Below, piece by piece: positions 8,087 to 18,368 of a stretch of DNA of 36,178 nt. This DNA is from a bacterium (GTDB lineage Bacteria; UBA9089; CG2-30-40-21; SBAY01), in assembly GCA_040757115.1 (NCBI GenBank), contig JBFLYA010000009.1:1-36178 (forward strand), given 5' to 3'. Under the pieces are notes generated by a model. That model ran no database searches and was not told where the DNA came from. It saw only the letters and a list, made by a program, of their open reading frames with translations. Position 1 is the stretch's first letter, and each line of letters starts with the position of its first letter. Made by a program: the position numbers and the translations under genes.

Positions 8087-8554
8087 ATGAAAAGGGATTA
8101 TGGAAAAATGAATAAAACTTATGACATTCCAAAAAATAACTTTTTATCAGTAGAAGAAATAAAGGGAAAATATCATTATCTCTCTGCAGGGCATAGAGAT
8201 AGAAAAGCCCCCCCCCCCGCAAAAATTAAATCCACAAAAATCACTAAAGAACTAACCGCAGAAAAATTTTCACTACTTAGACTAAATACCAGTAAATTTA
8301 CCTCTCAAAAGAGAGGAATCATTTCTAACGGAATCGTTACCATCAGTATTATTTTCCTTCTGGCATTCTTTATGGGCTATGCATATAATCCAGGCGGTTT
8401 CATTTCAGAAAGATATGTGTATGACCAGGAAGGCCGACTTAAATGCAAAATTGCCCCAGATGGACAGAAGGAAGTTAAGTTATGGAGTGCAGTGTCCGTG
8501 ACACTGCTTGCATTGACAGGGTCAAGGCACTCAAACAATACAATCCAACCATAA
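8087..8554 (+). pseudogene. Probable remnant of a secreted RHS/YD-repeat gene, with a C11 tract
   Basis: Hydrophobic segment followed by one YD-like repeat YVYDQEGRLKCKIAPDG, then reads into a REP-like palindrome; poly-C at 8208-8218. Confidence 0.45.
8480..8535. repeat. TGGAGTGC...GCACTC(C)A REP-like palindrome, copy 1
   Basis: ttatggagtgcagtgtccgtgacactgcttgcattgacagggtcaaggcactcaaa; near-identical to 11140-11195. Confidence 0.85.
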
Positions 8555-8574
8555 TTATACAAGGAGGAAATGTC

Positions 8575-9468
8575 ATGTGCCAATTTAGATTTAATTGTAA
8601 TTGTAAGTTTGAACCCTCGGGTGAAACAAAGGAGTGGTGGTTATATACGCATAAGACTGAACACTCCTTTGCGGGTGTGAAGTTACCTGGTCTTTTTCAG
8701 ACCAGTAAGTTTGAATGCCAGTTTATCGGTTTTCTGGGGATTTTTCTGTTAGAAGGAGTAGCTACTTATTGGTGCAGTAAGGTGGGTGTTATAATAACCG
8801 CAATTTTAGCCTCCATATTTGTTGATTTAGCTCTTGCGATAGTGGCTCATATATTTCAAAAAAGCATTTGCAAAATGAAAAACGAATTAGTTTATAAAGA
8901 AAACGATGAGAAAAGGATAACTGAAAGAAGTCTGCGGTCTACTCAATCACTGCAACGATTTTTCTATTCGCTCATTCTTCTCTCGGCGGGCTTCAAAATT
9001 TGTTGGTTTCTTTCTGCACGTTCAACTCCTGATGCAACAGCCTTATTTATCGGGGTGTGTTACTTTCTAGGCGCGATACTTCACATAACATGTACAGGGT
9101 ATGCAATATTTACATTTATTTTCAAGGGGAAAATAAAGCGTGAATATAATAAATATCTTAACTCGAAGAGTCAAGCCTTTGGGTTTGATGAGAACAATCC
9201 AATAGAAACAGAACTTACTTCAGGCAAGTTAAAGACGGTTACAGTCGGGCACCATGAGATTATAGAAAGTGACGCCAAATTTTTATTAAAAACATTGGGT
9301 GTTTTAACAGACGAAGAACTTTGGAGTATGATTGCTCGCCAAGACGCAGGTGAGCCAAAACGAACACTTGCTATAGAGGGAGTCGAACATCAGATAAAAA
9401 TTCTTCCATTAACCGCAAAGGGAAATATAAAGAAAAAAGAGAGCAATAAGGAGGATAGCTCCAAATAG
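8575..9468 (+). CDS. Hypothetical integral membrane protein (about 4-5 TM segments)
   Basis: RBS AAGGAGG at 8561-8567 before ATG 8575; several hydrophobic helices. Confidence 0.75.
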   Translation: MCQFRFNCNCKFEPSGETKEWWLYTHKTEHSFAGVKLPGLFQTSKFECQFIGFLGIFLLEGVATYWCSKVGVIITAILASIFVDLALAIVAHIFQKSICKMKNELVYKENDEKRITERSLRSTQSLQRFFYSLILLSAGFKICWFLSARSTPDATALFIGVCYFLGAILHITCTGYAIFTFIFKGKIKREYNKYLNSKSQAFGFDENNPIETELTSGKLKTVTVGHHEIIESDAKFLLKTLGVLTDEELWSMIARQDAGEPKRTLAIEGVEHQIKILPLTAKGNIKKKESNKEDSSK

Positions 9469-9535
9469 TAGAATAAATTAAGCACTTACTTCGATTTTTC
9501 AATCAATTGTCTTCAAAAGGAGGAAAGAAGTCAAA

Positions 9536-11131
9536 ATGAAAATCAAAAGATGTTCGATGGTTTCTGATTTCCCAACAATAATGTTTCTATTTTTGGGAAT
9601 ATTGATTATTTTAAGTAGCTGTGGAGAAAAACAGAATAAAAAATTTAATTTAACATTGGTAGTATCTGATAATCTCGGAAAGAATAAAACTGATGCACTG
9701 CCTGAGGATATAATTAAGATTTGCTTGCCGTTCGAATATAAAGGTAATTTCTTGATTCCCAGACCCACTCTTTATCGCTTAGGTTACGATAACTCCACCA
9801 AAATGTCTCTTGAAACGACAATTACGGGAGGGTGTGCTGGAGATCCGAATAACCCTATTTACATTCAGAATCAAACAAAAAAGTATTTAAAATCCGTCAA
9901 AATCGGAAAAGTTTTCTCACAACCTAATGATTCTTCGATTGATTTAAAATCTATATTGGATTCTTCTTTAGAAGTAATTGGAACGCGATCGCTTATTGCT
10001 TTTTATAGTACTAAGGGAATCAATACAGACTCTTACAATGGTATCAAGATATCTAAATCCATAGACGATGTTCCAACTATAATGGCGGAAGGAATTTGTG
10101 AAAATGGTCTAACCTCTGTCTTTGTATTTATTGATCCACCTATATCGGGTGCCGAACCTATACCTCCAATAATAAATAGGGTGGTAGTACCTAAGCTAGT
10201 AGGTGAACCTGTAGAGAAGGCTACATCTATACTCCAAAGAATAGGTTTGCAATGGAGCATCACAGAGGAATATAGCGCTGAACCAAAAGGCAGGGTAATT
10301 AAGCAGAATCCAGCGGCTGATACACAGGTTCCCCCAGGAAGGACAGTAATTTTAACTATCGCAAAATGGCCTAAAGTGCCTCAGGTTGTTGGTATGACAT
10401 TACAACAGGCACAATCTACTATCTCTGCTAATGGTCTTTTTAATGTTAAGGTTAAAACTCCTAAAGCACAGCCTAATTGGGTAGTGACAAGGCAGAACCC
10501 TAAAGGAGGCAAGACAGTAGCTAAAGAAAGCGAGATTCAACTTGTCCTTGAGAAGCCATCAGGTACCGACAACGGAAGTCAACCAAAAGAAAAACAACCA
10601 CAGGGTCAGAAAGAAGAAAAAGAAGTAACCACTCCTTCTTCTGTTCCCTCAGATGTTATCCCATCTCCGTGGAACGATATATTCACACTTTTTAATAAGA
10701 ATACAGAGGACAGCTATAGAGAAATAATAAAGAAATTAAGTAAGAGTGAAGAAGAGAACAAAGAAAAAGAGAACAAAATAGAAAGGAATGTTTATTACTG
10801 GTATTACAAGGGTCTGGCTTATTATCAATTAAAAGATTATAACAAGGCTCCTGAGTGTTTTGATGAAGCATGGAATAGAATTGGAGAGTGGGGAAAACCC
10901 ATAGATTCTCAGGTTGGACTCCCTATGAATTCACAAGAGGCAAAAAAAGAGGCTCGATACTATGGAGCAATGGCACACTATATGAAATATAGAATAACTA
11001 AAGATTCAAATGACCACATGGAAGCACGGCTAAGAGTTGAGGAATGTCATAACAATATTGAGGATTATCCTAATGGTAGTGAAGAAAGAACTAACATTAC
11101 AAACGCCTACAAGGAGTTAGAACAAGAATAG
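9536..11131 (+). CDS. Lipoprotein with two PASTA domains and a C-terminal TPR
   Basis: Lipobox IILSSC; VVVPKLVGEPVEKA...VIKQNPAADTQV and KVPQVVGMTLQQA...VTRQNPKGG; YYWYYKGLAYYQLKDYNKA. Confidence 0.85.
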   Translation: MKIKRCSMVSDFPTIMFLFLGILIILSSCGEKQNKKFNLTLVVSDNLGKNKTDALPEDIIKICLPFEYKGNFLIPRPTLYRLGYDNSTKMSLETTITGGCAGDPNNPIYIQNQTKKYLKSVKIGKVFSQPNDSSIDLKSILDSSLEVIGTRSLIAFYSTKGINTDSYNGIKISKSIDDVPTIMAEGICENGLTSVFVFIDPPISGAEPIPPIINRVVVPKLVGEPVEKATSILQRIGLQWSITEEYSAEPKGRVIKQNPAADTQVPPGRTVILTIAKWPKVPQVVGMTLQQAQSTISANGLFNVKVKTPKAQPNWVVTRQNPKGGKTVAKESEIQLVLEKPSGTDNGSQPKEKQPQGQKEEKEVTTPSSVPSDVIPSPWNDIFTLFNKNTEDSYREIIKKLSKSEEENKEKENKIERNVYYWYYKGLAYYQLKDYNKAPECFDEAWNRIGEWGKPIDSQVGLPMNSQEAKKEARYYGAMAHYMKYRITKDSNDHMEARLRVEECHNNIEDYPNGSEERTNITNAYKELEQE

Positions 11132-11139
11132 AGGTGAAA

Positions 11140-11195
11140 TTATGGAGTGCAGTGTCCGTGACACTGCTTGCATTGACACGGTCAATGCACTCCAA
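11140..11195. repeat. TGGAGTGC...GCACTCCA REP-like palindrome, copy 2
   Basis: Differs from 8480-8535 at about 3 positions; intergenic. Confidence 0.85.
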
Positions 11196-11225
11196 ATGTA
11201 ATTAAAATTGGAGGTAAATAGACCT

Positions 11226-12206
11226 ATGTATAAGAAACAAATTTTATGTGTTTTCTTTATTGCTTTATCGCTGGGAATAATGGGATGTGAACCAGAAAAA
11301 ATAAGTGTTTCAGGACAGATTATAAATTGTTACACATTAAAGGGGATAGAAGGATTAGACATAAGAAGATTAGATATTATAGAGAAAACAACACAAGAAT
11401 CAATTATAAACAGTCCAGTGTCATTAACAACAGGCAACAATGGAAATTTTTCATTAGAGGCAGATGTTAAAAAGATACTTAAAAAGATAGATGACTATCA
11501 ATTGAAAGTAATCTTACCTGATGAGTTTTGTTATCCCTCGGAATTTGATATCACCAGTTCTGAAATTAAGATAAAAAAAGGATTTACTAACAAGCTGATA
11601 ATCTCCCCAATTAAAACCAGTTATGGGATTGTGATAAAAGGAATGATTAAAAATGAAAAAACAAAAGATGTAATCTCAGGAGTTATGGTAACCTGTAAAC
11701 CAGATTATCACGAGGAGAGCTTAAATAAAACAGCTGTTAACAATAATCTTTGCACCAGTGGGAGAAATGGGAATTTTATTTTTAAAAATCTTAGTATAGA
11801 TGGGGTAGGCACAGTTACCTTTAACCTTAGTTTTGATTATTCTAACTACTGGAAAAAATTTAAAAAAATAGATATTTCATCATTGTCTCCTGAGAAAAGA
11901 GTATTCGACCTGGAAATTGAATTACAAGAGATAATAGAAGGAACAAAAACAATAACACTTTCTCCCCCCATAAATGTAACAATATTAGAAAATGAACTCA
12001 ATCAAGGAATACTGACGAAGAATATCAGGGAGACATTTAATAGAAGTAACTATCCACTTAGTAATAACGCACAACTTAATGTAAGAAAACCTAATAAAGA
12101 ATGGACGATAGATGATGGTAAGTTTGAATATATTATTACTAAACAGGGGGATAAACTAAATTGTTATATCAAGATCATCGGCAACATACCCCTTATTACT
12201 CCCTGA
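11226..12206 (+). CDS. Lipoprotein with carboxypeptidase-regulatory-like beta-sandwich repeats
   Basis: Lipobox LGIMGC; SVSGQII...TTGNNGNFSL and IKGMIKNEKTKDVISGVMV...SGRNGNFIF; RBS GGAGGT at 11210. Confidence 0.75.
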   Translation: MYKKQILCVFFIALSLGIMGCEPEKISVSGQIINCYTLKGIEGLDIRRLDIIEKTTQESIINSPVSLTTGNNGNFSLEADVKKILKKIDDYQLKVILPDEFCYPSEFDITSSEIKIKKGFTNKLIISPIKTSYGIVIKGMIKNEKTKDVISGVMVTCKPDYHEESLNKTAVNNNLCTSGRNGNFIFKNLSIDGVGTVTFNLSFDYSNYWKKFKKIDISSLSPEKRVFDLEIELQEIIEGTKTITLSPPINVTILENELNQGILTKNIRETFNRSNYPLSNNAQLNVRKPNKEWTIDDGKFEYIITKQGDKLNCYIKIIGNIPLITP

Positions 12207-12209
12207 AGG

Positions 12210-13625
12210 ATGGTGATAAACTTGGAGGTTATAAAAAAATTTAAAAGATTAATTATTCCTTTAATTTTTATTTCTTTGTTTTTCCCAAAGATAGGACTGG
12301 GTGAAAATAATGGGACAATTAATGCCTATTGGCTCGGAGAAGCTCCCTGGTCGCCAAAAGAAACAGAAAACAGTATAAAATCTATTCTCCTTGATAATGA
12401 TAGGAGCAGAGATGACAAGTCACCGAGGTGGGTACCAGATAATAGAAGGATGGTGGTATATAAGAGAGAAAGAAAAGCAAAAATCTCAGAGGTGTCTGAT
12501 ATAAAAGAGGATAGAGTAGAAGACTCAGAACTGTCTGATATAGATGAAGATATAGCAAAAATCGCAGGAATATCTAATATACCTAACGATAAAACAGAAA
12601 GCCCAGAGTTGTGTTATATAGATGAGGATGGTGAAATTACTTCTCTATATGAAGGTGAGGTTAAGGATATTAGTTGGATACAGGACAAAGAAAAAGTAAG
12701 ATTTATCTTTACTTCTGGAAATGACCTGAAGAGTGGTGAAATTTCAACAGATAACCATATTTCATCTCTTCTTTCCATAGAAAAAAAGGTTACTAATGAG
12801 GGTATTGTCTATCTTCGTCATTCCAGAACAAAAAAATTATTTTATTCAAGAGATGGTCGTATAATAGGGACATCCACAAATATAGATGATAATGGTTGGA
12901 GTCCAATAGTAAATACAAATGGAGATTGTTCAAGAAATAAAAAGGTGGTGTTCACATCTAACTTAGATAGCAATGGTAGAGAAATCTACACCTTTGAATT
13001 ACCACAAGAAGGGGAAGATTTAGACCTATCAATAATAAGACGACTTACCTTTAGCCCTGAGGGAGTAATAAGTCCCAAATGGTCTCCAGATGGGAAAAGT
13101 ATTGTTTATGCTTCTGGTAAAGATATCTATCTTATCCAAAATATATCTACATCTGGGATGAACCCAATCCGATTGACCACGAATACTACTACCGACGAAT
13201 GTAGTAATCCTACCTTTTCACCAGATGGCAAAATGATTGCCTACTACTCGACTAATGGTAAAAACATATATGACTTATGGGTGATGAAAAGTAATGGAGA
13301 AGAAAGAACAAAGGTAGCAGATAATGTTCTTAAACCAGAAAGACACGGTGACATATATGGTCCTTGCTGGATACCTTATGGAACATCAGCTCTAATCTAT
13401 CTCTACAACAGAATGCAAAATCAGATAGAGGTTCTAAATGTCACAGCTAATAGCAGAAAGATGGTTAAAACAGAAGAACAGTTGATAAGTAATATTGATT
13501 CTCTTTATGTAAGTGATAAGGATGGTCAAAAAATCCTGATAGTATATTCTGCCTGGGCACCTTATCCTCAGAAAGAACAGAGGATATATATTAAAGAATT
13601 TAAAGCAGAAGAGTTACCAAGATAA
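12210..13625 (+). CDS. TolB-like (PD40/WD40-like) beta-propeller periplasmic protein
   Basis: Signal peptide; SPKWSPDGKSIVY, NPTFSPDGKMIAY, DLWVMKSNG. Confidence 0.85.
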   Translation: MVINLEVIKKFKRLIIPLIFISLFFPKIGLGENNGTINAYWLGEAPWSPKETENSIKSILLDNDRSRDDKSPRWVPDNRRMVVYKRERKAKISEVSDIKEDRVEDSELSDIDEDIAKIAGISNIPNDKTESPELCYIDEDGEITSLYEGEVKDISWIQDKEKVRFIFTSGNDLKSGEISTDNHISSLLSIEKKVTNEGIVYLRHSRTKKLFYSRDGRIIGTSTNIDDNGWSPIVNTNGDCSRNKKVVFTSNLDSNGREIYTFELPQEGEDLDLSIIRRLTFSPEGVISPKWSPDGKSIVYASGKDIYLIQNISTSGMNPIRLTTNTTTDECSNPTFSPDGKMIAYYSTNGKNIYDLWVMKSNGEERTKVADNVLKPERHGDIYGPCWIPYGTSALIYLYNRMQNQIEVLNVTANSRKMVKTEEQLISNIDSLYVSDKDGQKILIVYSAWAPYPQKEQRIYIKEFKAEELPR

Positions 13626-13635
13626 GGAGAGAAAT

Positions 13636-14985
13636 ATGCAAATTAAGCTATTATGGTCTATTATTATTCTTTGTCTTTACTCTGGTATAACTTATGGACA
13701 AAAATCACCAGAAAGTTATCAAAGGGGTCTACTCTATAAAGAATTATTTAATACCGCAGTAAATACACAAATTAATCATTATAATGCACTATTGATTGAG
13801 AAGGGAAAACCTCCTGTAGATGCAAAGCCAATAAGGAAAGACCATATCTGGTACTACCGCGGACTATGTTATTATTATCAGGGAAATTTCTTATCAGCAA
13901 TAGCTGATTTTAAACGAATTCCTAAATCATCTGATAAATACCCTGAGGCACAAATCAGATGGGGTGCCTGCTATTATAAACAAGGAAAGATTACGGAGGC
14001 AAAGAAATTATGGAATGATGCCTGTTCACAAAAGAAGAATAATCCTCTATTTTTAAGCAAGATGGGTAATCTGTATGCAGAGCTAGGGACAAATACTACT
14101 ACTGCGACTAAATATTGTCAGAAGACAGAAAAAGGAACAAGCGGGCTGGTGTGGATATACCTTAAGAATGGAGATGTAGATAAGGCGTTAGATTTGATAA
14201 AAAAGATTTCCAATAAGCCTGACTTAGAAGATTATATAGGTAGATGTACCGGTGGTAGTGTTACCTTACAGTTTTATGACCCTGGTTTATTATGGATAAG
14301 GTCACAGGTCTATCTTATGTCGGCAGTTAAATATTATCAACAGGCAATAGACTCGCAGAAGAATGATGAACTATCCTGTCAACTTGGTATAACTCAACTT
14401 ATGGCTGGCAGACTAAATGACAGTATTACCACGCTAAAACCACTCATCAATTCTAATAGATGGGAGGTAAAGGCTAAGGCATTGATAAATTTAGGCGTGG
14501 CATATTATCTAAAAGGTTCAAAACAAGAGGCTGAGACAACATGGAATCAGGTAGAGAATAATTACAAAGATAACCCTGCGGTGATGAGTGAATTAGGATA
14601 TACCTATGCGAGGTTGGGGATAAAGTTGGATGATGCTTTATCTCTGTGTAAGGAAGGAAAGGAATCGTATTACTTAGGCATGGTCTATTTTAAAAGAGGA
14701 GTAATAGGAAACAATAGTAACGATATTAACGAGGCATGTAATGAAATGGGGCATTTTGAAAGGGATTCTAATAATCTATTACATTTATTAGGGCTATGCA
14801 ATGCTTATTATGTGAATAGGGATTTTAATGCGGCTACGGAGATATTTTATAAATATCTTCAAAGATATTCTGGCACAAATAGAATTTATGAGAGTCTTCG
14901 GTATATAAACGAGGCACGGAAGGATATTACCTGGTTTGGCAACTTGAAAATTGAATGGAAAGACCTTTGGTATTACCAGAAATAA
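13636..14985 (+). CDS. Secreted tetratricopeptide-repeat protein
   Basis: Signal peptide; WYYRGLCYYYQGNFLSAIADF, ALINLGVAYYLKG, ELGYTYARLG. Confidence 0.85.
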   Translation: MQIKLLWSIIILCLYSGITYGQKSPESYQRGLLYKELFNTAVNTQINHYNALLIEKGKPPVDAKPIRKDHIWYYRGLCYYYQGNFLSAIADFKRIPKSSDKYPEAQIRWGACYYKQGKITEAKKLWNDACSQKKNNPLFLSKMGNLYAELGTNTTTATKYCQKTEKGTSGLVWIYLKNGDVDKALDLIKKISNKPDLEDYIGRCTGGSVTLQFYDPGLLWIRSQVYLMSAVKYYQQAIDSQKNDELSCQLGITQLMAGRLNDSITTLKPLINSNRWEVKAKALINLGVAYYLKGSKQEAETTWNQVENNYKDNPAVMSELGYTYARLGIKLDDALSLCKEGKESYYLGMVYFKRGVIGNNSNDINEACNEMGHFERDSNNLLHLLGLCNAYYVNRDFNAATEIFYKYLQRYSGTNRIYESLRYINEARKDITWFGNLKIEWKDLWYYQK

Positions 14986-14999
14986 AAAGGGGGTAGATT

Positions 15000-16595
15000 A
15001 TGAAAAAGAATCTTTTAGTAATTGCAAGTGTTGTATTTCTCTTAGCAGATATTTCTAAGGCGAGGGACCTGAGATATGGAGAGCTATCCTTCCCTCAAAC
15101 ACTTAATCCTTTAAATACTGATAAGATGGATGAGTCTGCTGGGAGATTGTGTCAACTAATGTTTAATAGCCTGCTGGGTATGGCAGATAAGGAACCGGTA
15201 GAGGAATTATTGGCTAACATGAACGCAAAAAGAGAACAGAAAAGTTATACCTTTAAACTGCGTGAGAAAATAAAATGGCACGATGGAACACTATTTACTG
15301 CAGATGATGTAGTATTTACATTTAATATACTTGCCGATAACAGCATAAAATCTAATCTAAAATGGATAATGCAGGAGGTTGTAGATAGCGTAAAAAAAGT
15401 AGATAGTTATACAGTCAAATTTACCGCAAAAGGAGAAATCTCCAGGGTAGAACTGCTGAACACTATAGGTTTTGTTAAAATTATCCCCAAGCACTTTTTT
15501 GATAACATTAACAAAAGAGATTGGAATGACCGCTGGAAATGGATAACTTGTGGCACAGGACCCTATAAACTACCCGATGAATTTCTTCAGTCTCCCGATA
15601 AAATTCAGTCTATAGCTGACACAGTAAAGGAAATTACCCTGGAACAAAATAAAGATTATTTTAGGGGATGGCGAAAGTTAAAACCGAATGAAGAGAGAAT
15701 CGATAATATAATTATGCGTGTCATCTTGAATTCAGCGACTGCTATGGAGAACTTAAGGTCAAAGGAAATTGACCTGTTACCTATGATTGCCAGCAATCTA
15801 CCATCAGAAAAACCATCAGAAAAAGATATCTCCTGGACGATAATAAAATGTAATAGAAACAGTTTCTATTATTTTGCCTTTGATTGTAGGCGTGTGAATA
15901 CAACAACAAGACAGGCATTCAGCTTAGCTACTAATAGAAAGTATATGTTAAACAACAATTTTTTAAATGGGTATAAAGGCAACACTCCTGAAGAAAAACT
16001 CACGGACGCTATGAATGACTGTATGTATGGACCCTATCCCCAGCACCTAAATGTGGGTGTCAGTAAGTCTCAATTCTATAACATAGATAGGGTTAAGTTA
16101 TGGGCTAAAGAAGTTCAACTTCCATCAAATGTCACATTGAAGGGTCATATATTAGAAGGATGTGAAAAGAATATGTGCACGTGCCTTAAAGTAGACCTTA
16201 AAGAAATTGGAGTAACTCTGAAGATAAAATCTGAATTGACCACTAGGGATGTGGAAAATTTTGATATAGCCTTTGGCTGGTGGACATTCTCTTCCCTGAG
16301 TGACCCGGTAAAGTGGTTATTTGGAACAAATGCTCCCTATAATATATGTCATTATAGTAACAAAGAAGTGGATAAAATTATAAAGGAGAATGAAATTTCA
16401 GATGCAGATACGAGTTCAGGTGCAAATACGAGACTGCGTAATATGGAAAAGATGCAGAAGACAATAGGGGATGACTGCCCATATATATTCCTTTTCAAGA
16501 GACCTTTGTGGATTGGTTTTAACAAAAAGTTATATATAAAGCCTGATGAATATTGGTTCTTTGCCGATATTATCGATTGGTATTGGAAAAAATAG
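15000..16595 (+). CDS. ABC transporter substrate-binding protein, family 5 (OppA/DppA-like)
   Basis: YTFKLREKIKWHDGTLFTADDVVFTF, GTGPY, NKDYF, YSNKEVDKI. Confidence 0.9.
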   Translation: MKKNLLVIASVVFLLADISKARDLRYGELSFPQTLNPLNTDKMDESAGRLCQLMFNSLLGMADKEPVEELLANMNAKREQKSYTFKLREKIKWHDGTLFTADDVVFTFNILADNSIKSNLKWIMQEVVDSVKKVDSYTVKFTAKGEISRVELLNTIGFVKIIPKHFFDNINKRDWNDRWKWITCGTGPYKLPDEFLQSPDKIQSIADTVKEITLEQNKDYFRGWRKLKPNEERIDNIIMRVILNSATAMENLRSKEIDLLPMIASNLPSEKPSEKDISWTIIKCNRNSFYYFAFDCRRVNTTTRQAFSLATNRKYMLNNNFLNGYKGNTPEEKLTDAMNDCMYGPYPQHLNVGVSKSQFYNIDRVKLWAKEVQLPSNVTLKGHILEGCEKNMCTCLKVDLKEIGVTLKIKSELTTRDVENFDIAFGWWTFSSLSDPVKWLFGTNAPYNICHYSNKEVDKIIKENEISDADTSSGANTRLRNMEKMQKTIGDDCPYIFLFKRPLWIGFNKKLYIKPDEYWFFADIIDWYWKK

Positions 16596-16616
16596 GAATA
16601 AGAAAGGTAGAGATTA

Positions 16617-17465
16617 ATGGCAGATATAGGTAAAATTTTGATGAGAGGTATTGCCGCCTTAGTTATTGTGTGGACAAGTATGTTTATTCTTGTTTATATG
16701 GGAATAAAGGTAGCACCTAAGGTTTATATGGGAATAAAGGTAGCACCAGATTCGGGACAACAGGTTCATATTACAATACCCGGCATAATAAAAGAGACTT
16801 CTGTAGTTTGGTCCGAGATAATAAAAGAGACTTCTGTAGTTTGGTCTTGTTTCTGGAAGGTTACTATTCGACTGATGCTTATTGCATTTCTTATATCTTT
16901 GATTTTGTCTCTGGTATCCTTAACACAAGTATATATTTTATCTTCAGCATTTAAGATTTTTTTAAGTCTTTTTTCCTGTTTGCCTGTATTTATTGCCGGG
17001 ATACTTTTATGGAAATTTTTTTGTTATAATAAAGTTCCTCCTCAAGTTGAATTTATTACAGCAGGCGTAATCCTTGGGATTTGTGATACCTTCTTGATTG
17101 AGTTATATCGACATATAGAGATAGAGTATCATAGACTCAAGAATGAATCTTATGTCTTGATGGCAAAAGATAATGGATTAAAAGTTCGCAAGATAATACC
17201 ATATCTAATGAATGATATTATTATTCTTTTATCAAAGATTACTTTTTCAAGATTGATAGGATTGATTAGTGGTGCAGTGATTGTCGAATGTATATTTAGG
17301 AGTATCTCTGGAGGAATTGGATGTATGCTTATGGATGCAGTTAAAAATAATAGTTCCACTAAACTTATAGGTATAGAGATAGGAATAGTAACCATTGTTA
17401 TCACCTTTAATGTCATAGATAGGCTAATAGAAAGACATTTTAATCCAAGATTAAAAGAAGGGTAA
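16617..17465 (+). CDS. ABC permease (OppB-like, divergent) with internal tandem duplications
   Basis: TM helices; EAA-like loop ESYVLMAKDNGL; LISGAVIVECIF...GGIG. Confidence 0.82.
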   Translation: MADIGKILMRGIAALVIVWTSMFILVYMGIKVAPKVYMGIKVAPDSGQQVHITIPGIIKETSVVWSEIIKETSVVWSCFWKVTIRLMLIAFLISLILSLVSLTQVYILSSAFKIFLSLFSCLPVFIAGILLWKFFCYNKVPPQVEFITAGVILGICDTFLIELYRHIEIEYHRLKNESYVLMAKDNGLKVRKIIPYLMNDIIILLSKITFSRLIGLISGAVIVECIFRSISGGIGCMLMDAVKNNSSTKLIGIEIGIVTIVITFNVIDRLIERHFNPRLKEG

Positions 17466-17468
17466 AAG

Positions 17469-18368
17469 ATGAGAATATATAGCAAAAAAGAAGGTGAAAA
17501 AGGAAAGTTATCATTTACATCCATATTTTGGATACTTTCTTTCTGTATGGTGTTTATCACAGGAGTTATTGGTTGTTTTATTAGTCCACCCCTGTCAAAA
17601 GATAAAGATAATGTGCAGACAATATTGATCAAGTGTATATGGGCTCATAAATTCTATTTTATGCCGGGTCTATTAGTGCCTCTTTTAGCCATATCTTTAG
17701 GTAGTTTTTTAGGGATATTCAGCAGCAAAGCAATGAAAGTATCAGGAATGATTAATTTCTTCTTCCTTTCCATAACAGATGCCATAGAATCACTTCCCAA
17801 ATACCCAACTATAATATTAGCTATAATTCTTATGCCTGAATGTATAAGAAATTTATGGGGCATAATGCTCATATTAGGTTTTCTCAACTCATCAAAAATA
17901 AGTCGGCTGATAAAGTCAAAGATTGACTCATTAGAAAAAATGGAATATATAGAATTTGCAGATTCTATAGGAATAAATAGATGGCGGTTAATTTATAAAC
18001 ATATCCTTTTATATAATTGTTTGCCTCTTCTCATCACTCAAATATTTTTTCAGATGTGTGAGGTAATTTTAGTTGAGATTGGACTTGCAGTTATAGGTCC
18101 CGAGGAATACTGCGGTTTTAATTTTGGGATGATAACAACAGATGATACTTTTGGTAATATGTTAATGGCGGGAAGGAACAATATAATGGCTGGAGTAACG
18201 AATATAGTAGCTGGAGTAACGAATATAGTAGCTGAAGTAAGGAATATGGGACCAGGAAGTATGTGGATATTTCTGATTCCGTTGGGAGTGGTTTTGTTTA
18301 ATATATTGATGTATCTTAATCTTGCTAAGATAATAGAAGAGAAAATTTACAAAAAGAGGAAAATATGA
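17469..18368 (+). CDS. ABC permease (OppC-like, divergent)
   Basis: DAIESLP; EAA-like loop EYIEFADSIGINRWRLIYKHILLYN; FGNML. Confidence 0.85.
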   Translation: MRIYSKKEGEKGKLSFTSIFWILSFCMVFITGVIGCFISPPLSKDKDNVQTILIKCIWAHKFYFMPGLLVPLLAISLGSFLGIFSSKAMKVSGMINFFFLSITDAIESLPKYPTIILAIILMPECIRNLWGIMLILGFLNSSKISRLIKSKIDSLEKMEYIEFADSIGINRWRLIYKHILLYNCLPLLITQIFFQMCEVILVEIGLAVIGPEEYCGFNFGMITTDDTFGNMLMAGRNNIMAGVTNIVAGVTNIVAEVRNMGPGSMWIFLIPLGVVLFNILMYLNLAKIIEEKIYKKRKI

